Of a DNA stretch of 64,000 nt, positions 1-27,184 are shown one piece after another. This DNA comes from the human T2T-CHM13v2.0 reference genome, Homo sapiens, in the NCBI RefSeq assembly GCF_009914755.1, contig NC_060934.1; one strand, written 5' to 3'. Every line of letters begins with the position of its first letter. The first letter of the stretch is position 1. The notes beneath the pieces were generated by a model. It saw only the letters and a program-made list of their open reading frames with translations, was not told the DNA's origin and ran no database searches. Both the position numbers and the translations under genes were made by a program.

Positions 1-371
<371 letters not shown>

Positions 372-469
372 TTATTATTCAAGTCAACTCACTATTTAAA
401 GCTAATTTCATAGGAAAATTCTACTTAATTCAGTCTAACATTATGTAAGTAACCAAGGAAGAGTTAACA

Positions 470-1770
<1,301 letters not shown>

Positions 1771-1908
1771 TGACATCTCTATTTCCTCATCTCTAAAGGT
1801 GATAACACTTGCACTATGGTGATCCTACTAGTAATACATTTGGAGCCACGTTGTAAACTTCAGAGTTTGCACCATTATTATTATTTTTTTATTATTATTA
1901 TTTTTTGA

Positions 1909-2013
<105 letters not shown>

Positions 2014-2205
2014 TAATAGCTGGGATTACAGGCATGTGCCACCACGCCCAGCTAATTTTGTATTTTTAGTAGAGACGGGGTTTTTCCATGTTGGTCAGAC
2101 TGCTTGTGAACTCCCGACCTCAGGTGATATGCTTGCCTCGGCCTTCCAAAGTGCTGGGATTACAGGCGTGAACCACCATGGATGGCCTATTATTATTATT
2201 ATTAG

Positions 2206-2849
<644 letters not shown>

Positions 2850-2984
2850 TGATGGTAGGGTGGAAAAGAAGAGGACAACTAGAAGAGAGTTCCTACACCG
2901 CAAAGTAAACTTTGCTGGCTCTGCGAGGAGCAGGAAACCTGCATGATGAGAACAAGGACTGGGTGGCACTGCAGGAAATGCTCA

Positions 2985-4834
2985 ATTCGAGTTTCACTTC
3001 CTGTGTTATCACTTTTTCTTTGCTGCAATTTCATCTTTGTTGGTCAATTCTCTTTTAATTTTCCATTTTTTTACATTCTATGTAAATGTAGTTTTTATGA
3101 ACTAGAGAGTCTGACTCCATATTTTATCTTTGACTACTGTCAGCTCTCAAGCCCCACCTCTTCCCTCCCCTTCTGTCCCACACCTGGATGGCTGATTCAA
3201 AAGCCCAGGTGCTTCCTCTTTTGGCTCTAAAGGCAAGTTCAAGCCATGCAGGCCCCAGCATGTGCATTGGAGCCTTCATTTCCGCCCCACTCCTTAACCT
3301 TAATAACACCCAAAGCCAGTCTCTCTTCCCTGCTCTCAAGCCATTTTTTTTTCTTCTTTTTCTGGAGACAGGGTCTTGTGTCACCCAGGCTGGCGTGCAG
3401 GGCCCTGATCACAGCTGCCAGTAGCTGGAACCACGGGGGTGTGCCACCACGCCTGGCTAATTTTTTAATTATTTTTTGTAGAGATGAGGAGTGCCACTGT
3501 GTTGCCCAGGCTGGTCTCAAAACTCCTGAGCTCAAGTGATCCTCTCTTGGCTTGGCCTCCCAAAATGCTGGGGTTACAGGCATGAGCCATTGCACCCAGC
3601 CTTAAGCTATTTTTGAACCCATTTGGGATTCATCCCTGTTCTCCCCAGAAAGCCTCATGTGAGTCATAAGCCTTTACATATTCTCTCTGTGCATGTGGGG
3701 CTGTCACCAGTTTTGAAAAACCAGGTTTTGGGTGGGGAATCTATCTCGTATCTTTGGGTAATATCACAGATAAATACAGCAGACATTAACATTTTATTCA
3801 GTAACCACTGACAGTAGGGGAAAGAGCTGAGCTCCATTCTGATTTGTGCAGTGATGATCGGGCTTTTTTTCTTTTTTTGGTGGTTGGATATTTTATACCT
3901 TTTTTTCCCCAAATACTCTCCACTGAATGTAGTCGACTGGTGATTTTAAAGGGGGAATGAGGGAGTATGGAGGGGTATGAGTTGGGGCTCAGTAGAGTTG
4001 GGGATGTGAAAAATTACAAGGGACCAGTGTAAATGTGATGAGGCCAGCGGTGTCTGCCTGCTGGCAATGGTCAAAGTTAGATTCCATCCTCCCACAGAGA
4101 CTGGGAGACAGAGGCCTTATCTTTCCCAATCACTACATTTCAAAGCAATGGCTCCTTGAGAAAGCAATGTTCCTTGAGAAAGACACTTCTTAGCTGTAGG
4201 AGATACACACTTGCATACACATACACAACATGTGTATCACATAAACATCTCAAAGGGACAGAGGACAGATTCATAATTGTAAGTCCTTTTTAGTAAATGC
4301 TCTTAAGAGAGGGCGGTCAGGAGCCTATGGTCAGATATTGGCAAGAATAGTAAGTTATCCTGGCAGCACTGAGATTTCTCAGGCAGGCATTTTAATGGTG
4401 GGGACAGGGGTCATCCTGGGAACACAGGCTATGCTACTAGAAGCCATGCCAATTTGTCTCTCAGTGCAGAGTTTCAGATGGAGTTATGGGGGGAGAGTTC
4501 TGCAGTTCTCAGTAACCACAACAGTATATATCACTGGAAGATGAAGCCCACACAACTACAGATGTTACTGTTTCTGAGTGAGCCGAATAACAAACTTACA
4601 GTGAGCAGTCACCAACAGACAGAAGTGATGTGATTGGTTACTGATCATGACATGCATTTGTTATTAATGTGATGATGTGTAGACTGAAGAGCTAGCAGCC
4701 TGCACTTTATGCGAAAACTCAGTTAATATACTGTGTACCTGAAATTTGAGTTGTGTCGTTGGGGGACTGGTGTTATTAAATCATGGTGACTGAAATTCGT
4801 GCATATCAGAACTGTACCAAGCAAGGGCTGCCTG
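2985..4834. mobile_element. Tigger13a-like DNA transposon fossil (pieces ~2985-3095 and ~4515-4834) split by LTR sequence
   Basis: 'ctttgctgcaatttcatctttgttggtcaattc', 'gaagtgatgtgattggttactgatcatga' and the terminal 'gtgactgaaattcgtgcatatcagaactgtaccaagcaagggctgcctg' match the recalled Tigger13a consensus. Confidence 0.55.
3098..4511. mobile_element. Old LTR fragments (MER21/MER77-like), with an Alu inside
   Basis: 'gagtctgactccat...tttgactactgtcagctctcaagccccacc' and the terminal 'gagagttctgcagttctca' resemble recalled MER21/MER77-class LTRs. Subfamily is uncertain. Confidence 0.45.
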
Positions 4835-4967
4835 ATGAGTATAATGCTCTCATGTTTTATGGGAATTTATATAAATTTAAAATAATATGAATAAATATTT
4901 GAAAGTTGTATGTTATGCACAAGGTTTGAAATAATGCAATTCTTTTAATATTTTAAAAAATTGTTAG

Positions 4968-5216
<249 letters not shown>

Positions 5217-5829
5217 TGAGCTCAGGCAATCCTCCCGCCTTAGCCTCCCAAAGTGGTAGGATTACAGGCGTGAGCCACTGCACCTGGCCCTCGACTCACA
5301 GATTTTCAAAATACTTTTGAACAGTAAGCTGAGGACAGTGTTTATTATGACTATACTGGTCTCCTTTCACTAGCTCACAAAATTTAACTACATCACTTGT
5401 CAGTCTCCTAAAAATGCAGTGTATGTGCTTTGAAACTTGTGAATGATCTGCTGATTTGTGCTATTTTATATTCAATGTTGTTGAAAGAATAGTTTTTAAA
5501 CCAAGTAATGCAAAAATTTAGTGTAACATGAATGCTTGTGCTGTAAAACATACTGGAAAATCAATAGCTCTGGAATAAACTTTGGATTTTTAATTAAAAT
5601 TGATTTTGATGTACTTATGCTGTTAAATTGGTAGAGACTAGTCTGAAAAGCTGAGAAAAGATAAAGCAGAATTAAAACAAAATCTATCTTATTCGTAGAG
5701 CCATGTCAAGAATGCATTCTCTCTACACCTATTCCAATGGGCACATTAGTACTTGATTATGCAGGGAGTGAATCATGCCAAGTCTTCACGTACACATTGC
5801 TCCTATCACTGCTGTGCAGTGAGCCGTGA

Positions 5830-6264
<435 letters not shown>

Positions 6265-6299
6265 ATTCACCCCCAAATTCTGTGTATTGCAAGTAAGTC

Positions 6300-7060
6300 T
6301 CAAATTTTGAGAAGCGAGCACCATCCCATTGGCATCGTGACTACCAACCACCACATCACTCAGCTGCTTTGCTTTCCGGGAGAATCCCTGCGCCGTGGGT
6401 TCGCTCGCCTTTCCATGCCTGCCGTGCAGGCGTCCTTTGCGGTCTTTTGTCCACGTCCGGGTCAACGCCTGACGCGCCCCTTCCCGGCTGGACGACGCAG
6501 CTCAGGGCGGGGCGAGGCGAGGTTGTGTCGCGGAACCTGACGGGAAACGGCCCCTCTAGGTCCGTGGCGCGGCGCGCTTGTGGCAGCGACGGGCACTGCC
6601 GCGCATGCGCGGCCCATTTCCGAGAGTGGCAGGGCTGGGCGCGGTGGGGTCGCCTCTGGGGTCAAAGAGCACGCCGAGCCCGCCGGAGGGCGGGGCCGCG
6701 GCCTTGGCCCTTTGGCGCGTAGGAGACAGCGCGCCAGGCTGGCAGCCGGCCTTAGCGGCGTTTGCTGCTCTTGTGCGGACGCCACTGCGCGCCCTAGTGG
6801 GGACTACGGGGACGCTTCGCGCTCCAGGAAGGAGGCGGGCACCGCCCGCTCTAGCACAGTCCGGGAGCTGGACCTCGGGGCTCACCGCTCTGCTTGCCCA
6901 CTAAAAGCCCATTCGGCGGAAGTCCAGCGTTGCATGGTTACAGTACTGAGCCCCAGACATCGTTGCCAAGTATAATGCAGGCTCTGTTTTATCCTGGGGC
7001 ACTTGTAGTCAGGGTTCGTGGGCCCGCACTTCATAATGGAGGGCTGCGGGCCTCGTCTGA
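6300..7060. promoter_or_regulatory. CpG island / probable promoter
   Basis: The only long non-repeat GC- and CpG-rich stretch. It carries GC boxes GGGCGGGGC (6505-6513, 6688-6696), an NRF1 site GCGCATGCGC (6601-6610) and an ETS-type GGCGGAAGT (6915-6923), ~20 kb upstream of the KRAB-A exon. Confidence 0.85.
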
Positions 7061-7473
7061 ACCGTCCAGCCAGTGTGTCCTCAGTCGTCTTGGTTGGGTT
7101 TTTGAAGAACCAACCCGAGATTCTGGGGCACAGGGAGTTACAAGACTTGGGGCCCTGATGTAAGCCCCAAATAAAATGATTTTGGCCCCTAGGGCCAGAT
7201 CCGAGTTTCTAAAAACAGAGCAGCACTTGTAAGGTAGAGGAAGCGTGGCCCACCTGAATGGGGACTTCTCACCAGAGTTTCACAGCAGCGGAAGACGAGG
7301 CTGAGGAAGAGCACGGCCCATATTTGCACGGAGAGGCAATATGTAATGCCTGTGCTCCACAAGCCACCCCAGCTGACTCAACAGGAGTTTTGCTCCAGCT
7401 GTCAGAGAGGTGAGCTGGGCCTAAGGCTAGGGTTAGGCTTGCCCAGGAAATGTCTCTCCATTTTCAGGGTTGA

Positions 7474-7854
<381 letters not shown>

Positions 7855-7995
7855 TGAATTTTTCTGAATTATTTACTCATTCCAGATACCGAGAGCTTCC
7901 CATACTATGCCAATTACCGCAGGTGGCCTTGAGAGATGTGGGTGCTTCCACCATGCTTACTCAGAAAGTAGTTCAGGAAACAGTTTCCTGGATTA

Positions 7996-8283
<288 letters not shown>

Positions 8284-8334
8284 TCAGGAGTTCGAGACCA
8301 GCCTGGCCAACATAGTGAAACCCCGTCTCTACTA

Positions 8335-8631
<297 letters not shown>

Positions 8632-8680
8632 TTAAAAAAAAAAAAAAATTCCTCATGAGACATTAAGAGTTACAGCTCTT

Positions 8681-9522
<842 letters not shown>

Positions 9523-10532
9523 CTGGAAAGCCCCTTAAAAACAAAAAACAAAAAACAAAAAACAGTTCTTGGCATTGAAGTCTAAAAAACATTGTTTTTC
9601 CGGTCTTCCTGTAGATGACTTAGTAGAGAGTCTTCAGTCTTTCAGTGAGTACCAGAAATCAGTGCAGTCTGCTGCTTGTAATTGAGTACTTCGTGTGGGT
9701 GGAGTACTCAGTCAGTACATTTCTAGGGATGGAGGCACCTTGGTCCCATAGACCTCTTTCTGATGGTCCTGCTTGATCCAGGCATAGAAGCTGGGATAGC
9801 TGCATGAAAGAATGGATTATGTCACCTTCAGATACACTCCTTAAATGTATGTGTAGATTGTACAACAGCAAGGTTAAAGCTGTATTTTCTGGCAAGTATC
9901 TCCACATTTCCCTTTCTTATTTTGAACAACATGACTTGCTGGATCTGCCTGGTAGGGGTATCCAAATGTCATGGATACTTTAGTGCTTGCCTTAATTGAG
10001 CATTCTGTCCAGTTGATGCTCATGTTTAATCTCCCTAAAATGTCTTCTCAGTTGGTTTCTGATCTAGTCCTTCCTCTGTAATTATTTCTTTTCTGTCTTG
10101 TCCGTGAAGTCTTCTTCCTCTTCCTGCCTCTCATTATTGCTGTTCCCAAGGTATCCAGTCTTTTTCTTTCTTTCTTTCTTTCTTTTTTTAGGTGTAGTCT
10201 CACTTTGTCTCCCAGGCTAGAGTGCAGTGGCATGGTCTTGGCTCACTTCATCCTCCGCCTCCCAGGTTCAAGTGATCCTCCTGCCTCAGCCTCCCAAGTA
10301 GCCGGGACTACAGGTGTATGCTACCACACCTGGCTAGTTTTTGTACTTTTAGTAGAGACAGGGTTTTGCCATGTTGGCCAGGCTGGTCTCGAACTCCTGA
10401 CCTCAGGTGATCCACCCACCTTGGACTCCCCAAATGCTGGGATTACAGGCGTGAGCCACTGCACCTGGCCCTTGGTTTGCTGAGACTTTTTATCATCCAG
10501 TGGGTATTGAACTTTTAAAAAAAAATTTTTAA

Positions 10533-10929
<397 letters not shown>

Positions 10930-11346
10930 TAGAGACAGGGTTTCACCGTGTCAGCCAGGATGGTCTCGATCTCCTGACCTCATGATCTGCCCGCCTTGGC
11001 CTCCCAAAGTACTGGGATTATAGGCATGAGCCACCGTGCCCGGCCGTTGAATTATTATTATTTTTTTAGCTAATAGACCAGAAGAATGAATTTAATTATT
11101 ATTGAGATGATTATATTGTTTTATTCTTTTTCAGTGGATTGATTGATATTAACCTATGGATTGAGTTAATTTTATTAATGTTTTGATTTTCAAATGTTAA
11201 ATCAGCCTATTTTCCAGGAACAAAGTCATATTGTTGCTTTATCCTTTTAAAATATATTCCATGACAAATTGTTAGATATTTTTGTGTCTTTGTTCCTGAA
11301 AGAGTCTGTTGTTTTCTTTCTTTCTTTTTTTTTTTTTTTTTTTTGA

Positions 11347-11451
<105 letters not shown>

Positions 11452-11969
11452 TGAGATTACAGGTGTCTGCCACCATGCCCAGCTAATTTTTTGTATTTTT
11501 AGTAGATATGGGGTTTCACCATCTTGACCAGGCTGGTCTTGAACTCCTGACCTCAGATGCCACCCGCCTCAGCCTCCCAAAGTGTTGAGACTACAGGTAT
11601 GAGCCACCATGCCTGGCTGTTATTTTCCTTTCTTAAAAGTCTTTTTTTTTTTTTGAGAAAGAGTCTCACTCTAATGCCTAGTCTGGAGTGTAGTGGCCCT
11701 ATCTCAGCTTACTGCAACCTTTGCCTCCCGAGTTCAAGCGATTCTTGTGCCTCTGCCTCCCAAGTATCTGGGATTACAGGCAGGCACCACCAGGACTGGC
11801 TAATTTTTGTATTTTTAGAGAGACAGGGTTTCACCATATTGGCCTGGCTGGTCTTGAACTCCTGGCCTCAAGTGATCTAACACCACCTTGGTCTCCCAAA
11901 GTGCTGGGATAACAGGCGTGAGCTATCACACCCGGCCTCTTCTAATATCTTAATTTTTTTTTTTTTTGA

Positions 11970-12074
<105 letters not shown>

Positions 12075-12077
12075 TGA

Positions 12078-12269
<192 letters not shown>

Positions 12270-12386
12270 TGAGACAAGGTCTTGCTCTGTCACCCAGGCT
12301 GGAGCGCAGTGGTGTGATGATCATAACTCACCTCTCCCTTGAACTCCTGGGCTCAAGCAATCTTCTGATCTCAGCCTCCTGAGTAG

Positions 12387-12602
<216 letters not shown>

Positions 12603-13257
12603 TAGTGTTTTCTCTTTATTCTCCATGAGTGCTTGTGTAAGATTGGTGCTATTTATTCCTTAATTGCTTGTAAAATTACAGCAGTGAATTTTTCTAGGGT
12701 CTGGCTTTTCTTTATGAATAATTTTAAAATTATAGATTTAATTTCTTTATATTAGGGAAATTATCCTTTAGAACTTGATACAAGTCCTAGTTGTTTGTTT
12801 CTACCTTGTCATTTGTCATCCCCAGGTGGGTGGCAGGTGTGTTTGTTCCAGGGCAAAGCTATGTCTCACACACACTAGTTCACATAACCCCATTCAGACC
12901 AAAAATTGTTCACAGTTTACTTTGCTTTTTGTCTCTTTATCTCCAAGGTTGGTCTGTAGTGAACTCAAAGCCTTAATTCTATCCCAGTCCTTTTAGTTAA
13001 GGTCAGCAGTGACCTCTAGTGGTGAAATCTTCAGTCTTCCTCTTAACATGACTTTCTTTTTTAAAAATTATCTAGTGAATTACTCTTTCTGTTTGTTTGT
13101 TTTTGAGATGGAGTCTTGCTCTGTTGCCCAGGCTGGAGTGCAGTGGCACGACCCCAGATTACTGCAACCTCTGCCTCCCGAAGTGCTGGGATTGTAGGGT
13201 TGAACTACTATGCCTGAACCCTCTTACGTGGCTTTCTAGCCACGTAATCATTGATTA

Positions 13258-21106
<7,849 letters not shown>

Positions 21107-21282
21107 TGTTTTTCCCTTCTGGTTGACTTTCTTCACTTGGCTTACAGGACACCACACTCTTTTAACTTTCCCTTTTAATTTTTTTTTGGTTGCGGGAACA
21201 GTGTTTTACTCTGTTGCCCAGGCTGGAGTGCAGTGGTGCCATCACGGCTCACTTTAGCCTTGAGCTCCCTGGGCTTCGGTGA

Positions 21283-21528
<246 letters not shown>

Positions 21529-22087
21529 TAGTAGAGATGGGGTTCTCCATGTTGGTCAGGCTGGTCTTGAACTCCCGACCTCAGGTGATCCACCTGCCTC
21601 GGCCTTCCAAAGTGCTGGGATTACAGGCGTGAGCCAGCACACCCGGGCAATTTTTCTATTTATTGTAGAGATGGGATTTGCCATGTTGCCCAGGCTGGTG
21701 TGGAAGTCCTGGGCTCAAGCAATTTTCCTACCTTGACCTCCCAAAGTGTTGGGATTACAGGTGAGAGCCACTGCACTTTGCCTTAACTTTTTCCTTTTTT
21801 TTTTGAACAGAGTCTCACTGTCACACAGCCTAGAGTACAGTGGCACGATCATAGCTCACTGCAGCCTCGACATCCTGGGCTCAGGTGTTCAAGTGATCCT
21901 CCCACCTCAGCCTCTTGAGTAGTTGGGACTACAGGCATGCACCACCACACTAATTTTTGTATTTTTTTGTAGAGACGGGGTTTCACCATGTTGCCGACCT
22001 TAACTTTTAACTTTCCTTCTCTCATCGTTTGCTGGTTCCTCCTTTTCTTCCTGTCTCTGAATGTTTATGTGTAGTCCTTGGTCATTG

Positions 22088-23052
22088 TGATGCAGGATTT
22101 TTCTTGGCCCCTTTGTTGGACTCGTGACAGGGCTGTCCCATTTACTCGGCCCATTGCGCTCAACCCCTTGCAGGATGGAGCACGTGAGTGAGTGCGGGAT
22201 CTGGCTGGCTGCTCCGGGCACTGGCAGGAGCAAGCTCCGTGTCCAGAATGGCCAGCCAGATCCCACACTTGCTCGCACACTTGGATGGCGGTGCCAAGGC
22301 GAGGGTGCCCACTACCCCAAAACCCTAGAGGGAGTGTTACGGTGCTCTGTTAGTTTTGCTGTCTGCAGACAGCTGTGTGTTTGCAGCTCAGTTGGCCCCT
22401 TGTCTCGTTGCATGGGGTGGCTGCCCTCCTCTGGTGAGGACAAAGGGCCAGCGTGACAGTCTTTCTAGGTACCCGCACTCAGTGGATCCTGAGCTTTTGT
22501 CTGGTGTCCAAGAAGAATGTCACATGGGCAAACTGAAGGATGGTGAAGTCAGAGAATTTTATTGAGCAATGAAAATGGCTCTCAGCAGAGAGGGGAACTG
22601 GAAAGGGGACGGGAAGGGCAGGTTGCCTTCCCTGAGGTCAGGTTGCCCCTTCCCTGAAGTCAAGCCATCTCTCTGAAGTCAAATTGTCTCTCTCTGAAGT
22701 CAAACTGTCTCCCCCTCTACTGACTGAGTCTGGGGTCTTTCTTTATAGCACTCAGAATGGACAGTGTGTGCTCATTGGTTTGTGAGTATGCAAAAAATGT
22801 TAAAGTGAAGACACCACTCAATGGTGGGCATAACAGTGTAGAAAACCAATTAGGAAAGGGTAGCTATATATAAAATAGGTGAAGAGTGGGGATTAGAGGA
22901 AAGCATGCCAAAGAGGAAGATAAGTCCTCAGTCTGGTCCAAGGATTTAACTTGTATCTTGGCTTTCAGGCTTTAAACTGTCTTTGGCTTGGAGGTTTCAC
23001 TGGGGACCTGCCCCTATTTACCTTGGCATTTGGCTGCCTCCATTTGTTATCA
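22088..23052 (-). mobile_element. ERV1 solo LTR (MER52/LTR28 class)
   Basis: Termini TGATGCAGG...TATCA, near-TSD attg/cttg, and the end 'caggctttaaactgtctttggcttggaggtttcactggggacctgcccctattta' typical of this LTR group. Confidence 0.7.
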
Positions 23053-23059
23053 CTTGTAC

Positions 23060-23800
23060 TTTGTCTGGCTGAGGCCTCTCCCTTGGCAATGTTTTGTCAG
23101 CAGTACTCTCTGGGGCCTGATCCCTCCTGGTAATCTCTCCAGCTCAGATTTCCTTCTTACACTTTGGATGCATATGTTAACTGTCCACTCTGCATCTCTG
23201 CTTGAGTATTTTATAGACCCAAGCTCAACATGATTAAAACTGGCCTCTTGGATTTTCTCTCCCAAACCCACAACCTCTGGAGCATTCCTTCCCCTTCTTG
23301 TTTGATAGCAGACCCCTAGGAATTATTTTTGAACTGTTTTTTTCTTGTCTTACACATCTTATTTGTCAGAAAAACCTCTGGGGCATACATCCAGAATATA
23401 TCCACAGAGTCTGACCTCTTGCAATCCTCTCTATGACATCTTTTGCCTGGATTACAGCAACCGTTGCAGAGCAGTCTTGCTGCTGCTCAGACCTTGGCCT
23501 CTGGCATAGCATTTAGAGTACCTGTGTAGGAAGAGTCAGGTTGCTAAGCGCCAATCCTCTGCCCAACATCTACATTTTTCACTGAGTAAAAGCCAAAGTT
23601 CCACCAGTGGGTTATGTGATCCATTACATCTGTGACTTCACTTCCTTCTCAGCCTCTTGATCACTATGCTCCAGCTCGACTTGCCTTCTTGCTGGATGTA
23701 CCAGGCATAACACCACCTTTGTCTTTGTACCAAATGTGCCCTTTTCCTGGAGTATGTTTCCTAGGGAGCCTTCCAACTTATTCTGTTATAATTTATAAAG
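23060..23800 (+). mobile_element. L2 LINE fossil (further pieces at ~9900-10160, ~21110-21170, ~22020-22085 and ~42300-42700)
   Basis: 'aactgtccactctgcatctctgcttgag...aagctcaacatgattaaaactg' resembles the end of L2 ORF2 (HLKLNMSKTEL region). Highly diverged. Confidence 0.55.
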
Positions 23801-23834
23801 GATTTATAATTTATAAGCATTTATAATTATGTCA

Positions 23835-24230
<396 letters not shown>

Positions 24231-24423
24231 TAGTAGATATGGGGTTTCACCATGTTGGCCAGGGAACTCCTGACCTCAGGTGATCTGCCCATTTCGGCCT
24301 CCCAAAGTGCTGAGACTAGAGGTGTGAGCCACCGCGCCTGGCGTAGGACACTATTTAACTCTGTTTTGGGACTTTTTCTTTTCACTGGGGTATTTTTCTT
24401 TTTATTAGAGGAGTTCATAATAA

Positions 24424-24610
<187 letters not shown>

Positions 24611-25602
24611 TAGCTGGGATTACAGGCCCCCTTTTTTTTTTCCCCAGACCCAAACATCAACTTACCTTCGCCACCTTTTATAAAAGCAACTTAAGTACAA
24701 CAGCCAGGCTGGGCAAGGTGGCTTATGCCTGTAATCACAACACTTTGGGAGGCTTGAGGTGGGAGGATCACTTGAGCCCAGGAGTTTGAGACCAACCTGG
24801 GTAACATAGTGAGACCCCATTTCTCCAAAAATTTAAAAATCTGCCCGATGCAGTGACTTATTCCTGTAATTGCAGTATTTTGGGAGGCTGAGGCAAGCAG
24901 ATTGCTAGAGCCCAGGAGTTAGAGACTAACCTGGGCAACATGGTGAAACCTTGTCTCTGTGAAAAGGCAAAAAAATTAACTGGGGATGGTGGTATGCATC
25001 TGTAGTCCTAGCTACTCAGGAGGCTGAGGTAAGAAGATTGCTTGAGCCCAGGAGGTCAAAGCTGCAGTGAGCTGTGTTTGTGCCACTGCATTCCAGCCTG
25101 GGTGACAGAACAAGACCGTGTTTCAAAAAAAAAAAAAGCAGGGGCTGGGTGCGGTGTGGCTCAAGCCTGTAATCCTAGCACTTTGGGAGGCTGAGGTGGG
25201 CCGAGGTCAGGAGTTTGAGATGAGCCTGACCAACATGATGAAACCCTGTCTCTACTAAAAATACAAAAATGAGCCAGGCGTGGTGGTGCGCCCCTGTAAC
25301 CCCAGCTACTCAGGAGGCTGAAGCAGGAGAATTGCTTGAACCTGGGAGGTGGAGGTTGCGGTGAGCTGAGATCGTGCCATTGCACTACAGCCTGGGTGAC
25401 ATGCCTGGAGCCCCATGTACTTGGGAGGCTGAGGCAGGAGTATTGCTTGAACCCAGGAATTTGAGGCTGTAGTGTGCAATGATCATGCCTGTGAATGTAC
25501 TCCAGCATGGGCAAAACAGCAAGACCTGGCCTCTAAAAGGAAAAATGATTTATTATTTATTTTTTGAGACAGAGTCTAGCTCTGTCACCCAGGCTGGAGT
25601 GA

Positions 25603-25707
<105 letters not shown>

Positions 25708-25710
25708 TGA

Positions 25711-25860
<150 letters not shown>

Positions 25861-25894
25861 TAATCAATTTTTTAAAAAATATCAATTCTACTAA

Positions 25895-26160
25895 AAGACT
25901 GCCACCTCACAGATTGAATACCAGGCCACCACACAGTATCTTAAGAGGCCAGGCTCCTCCCCCCTGTACAAGGCGCAAACTTCCCCTGCCTCCACCTCAT
26001 TCTCCCAGTGTGCAGGTGGGTCCCCAGTCTGTTGCAGGCATGTGCAGACAAGACCCTGGGCAGATTCCCTTATCTGCAGAAAAGCATCTGATGTAAACAC
26101 TTGTGGGGTTGGTTGGAGATTCTCCGGGGACCCTCCCTTATCTGCCTCCTGCGTCTATCA
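25895..26160 (-). mobile_element. ERV1 LTR fragment (MER51-class)
   Basis: The minus strand starts TGATAGACGCAGGAGGCAGATAAGGGAGGGTCCCCGGAGAATCTCC; also 'cacctcattctcccagtgtgcagg'. Confidence 0.6.
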
Positions 26161-26685
26161 CTAGCAGGACCTCGTATAATTTTTGTATGAATTAAGAAAG
26201 TAGGCCGGGCCTAGTGGTTCACATCTGTAATCCCAGCACTTTGGGAGGCCAGGGCAGGAGGATCGCTTGAGCCTGGAGTTCAAGACCAGCCTGGGCAACA
26301 TGGTGAGACCTTGTCTCTACAAATAAACAATTAGCTGGGTGTGGTGGTGCGTGCCTGTTGTCCCAGCTACTTGGGAGGCTGAGGTGGCAGAATCGCTTGT
26401 GCCCCAGTGGTCAAGGTTGCAGTGAGTTGTGATCATGCCACAGCACTCTAGCCTGAGTGATAGCGCAAGACCCCGTCTGAAAAAAAAAAAAAATTAATAT
26501 ACCGGCAGAGTCCTCATACCAGGATTTCTCATTTTCCTACAATGTATAATATCAATAGTAGGCATCCTATGTAGCATTTTCTCTTCAACTATCAACAGTG
26601 AACATGACAAGGTGTTAGATCTCACACATGTTGTATGCTCTCCACTTCTGATCACTGTAGAATGAAAACAAATGTACTGTTCTAG

Positions 26686-26841
<156 letters not shown>

Positions 26842-26983
26842 TAACATTTATTTCCTTTTTAGCTGCTGATTACAGATGGTTTCTTTGTATGAATATGAGT
26901 TAAAGGCTTGAGACTCAGGAGTTGAAGCTTGATTGATCCCTTCTGGGCACTGTAAAGAATATCTGTGGTGTTTTCTGTAATGA

Positions 26984-27184
<201 letters not shown>

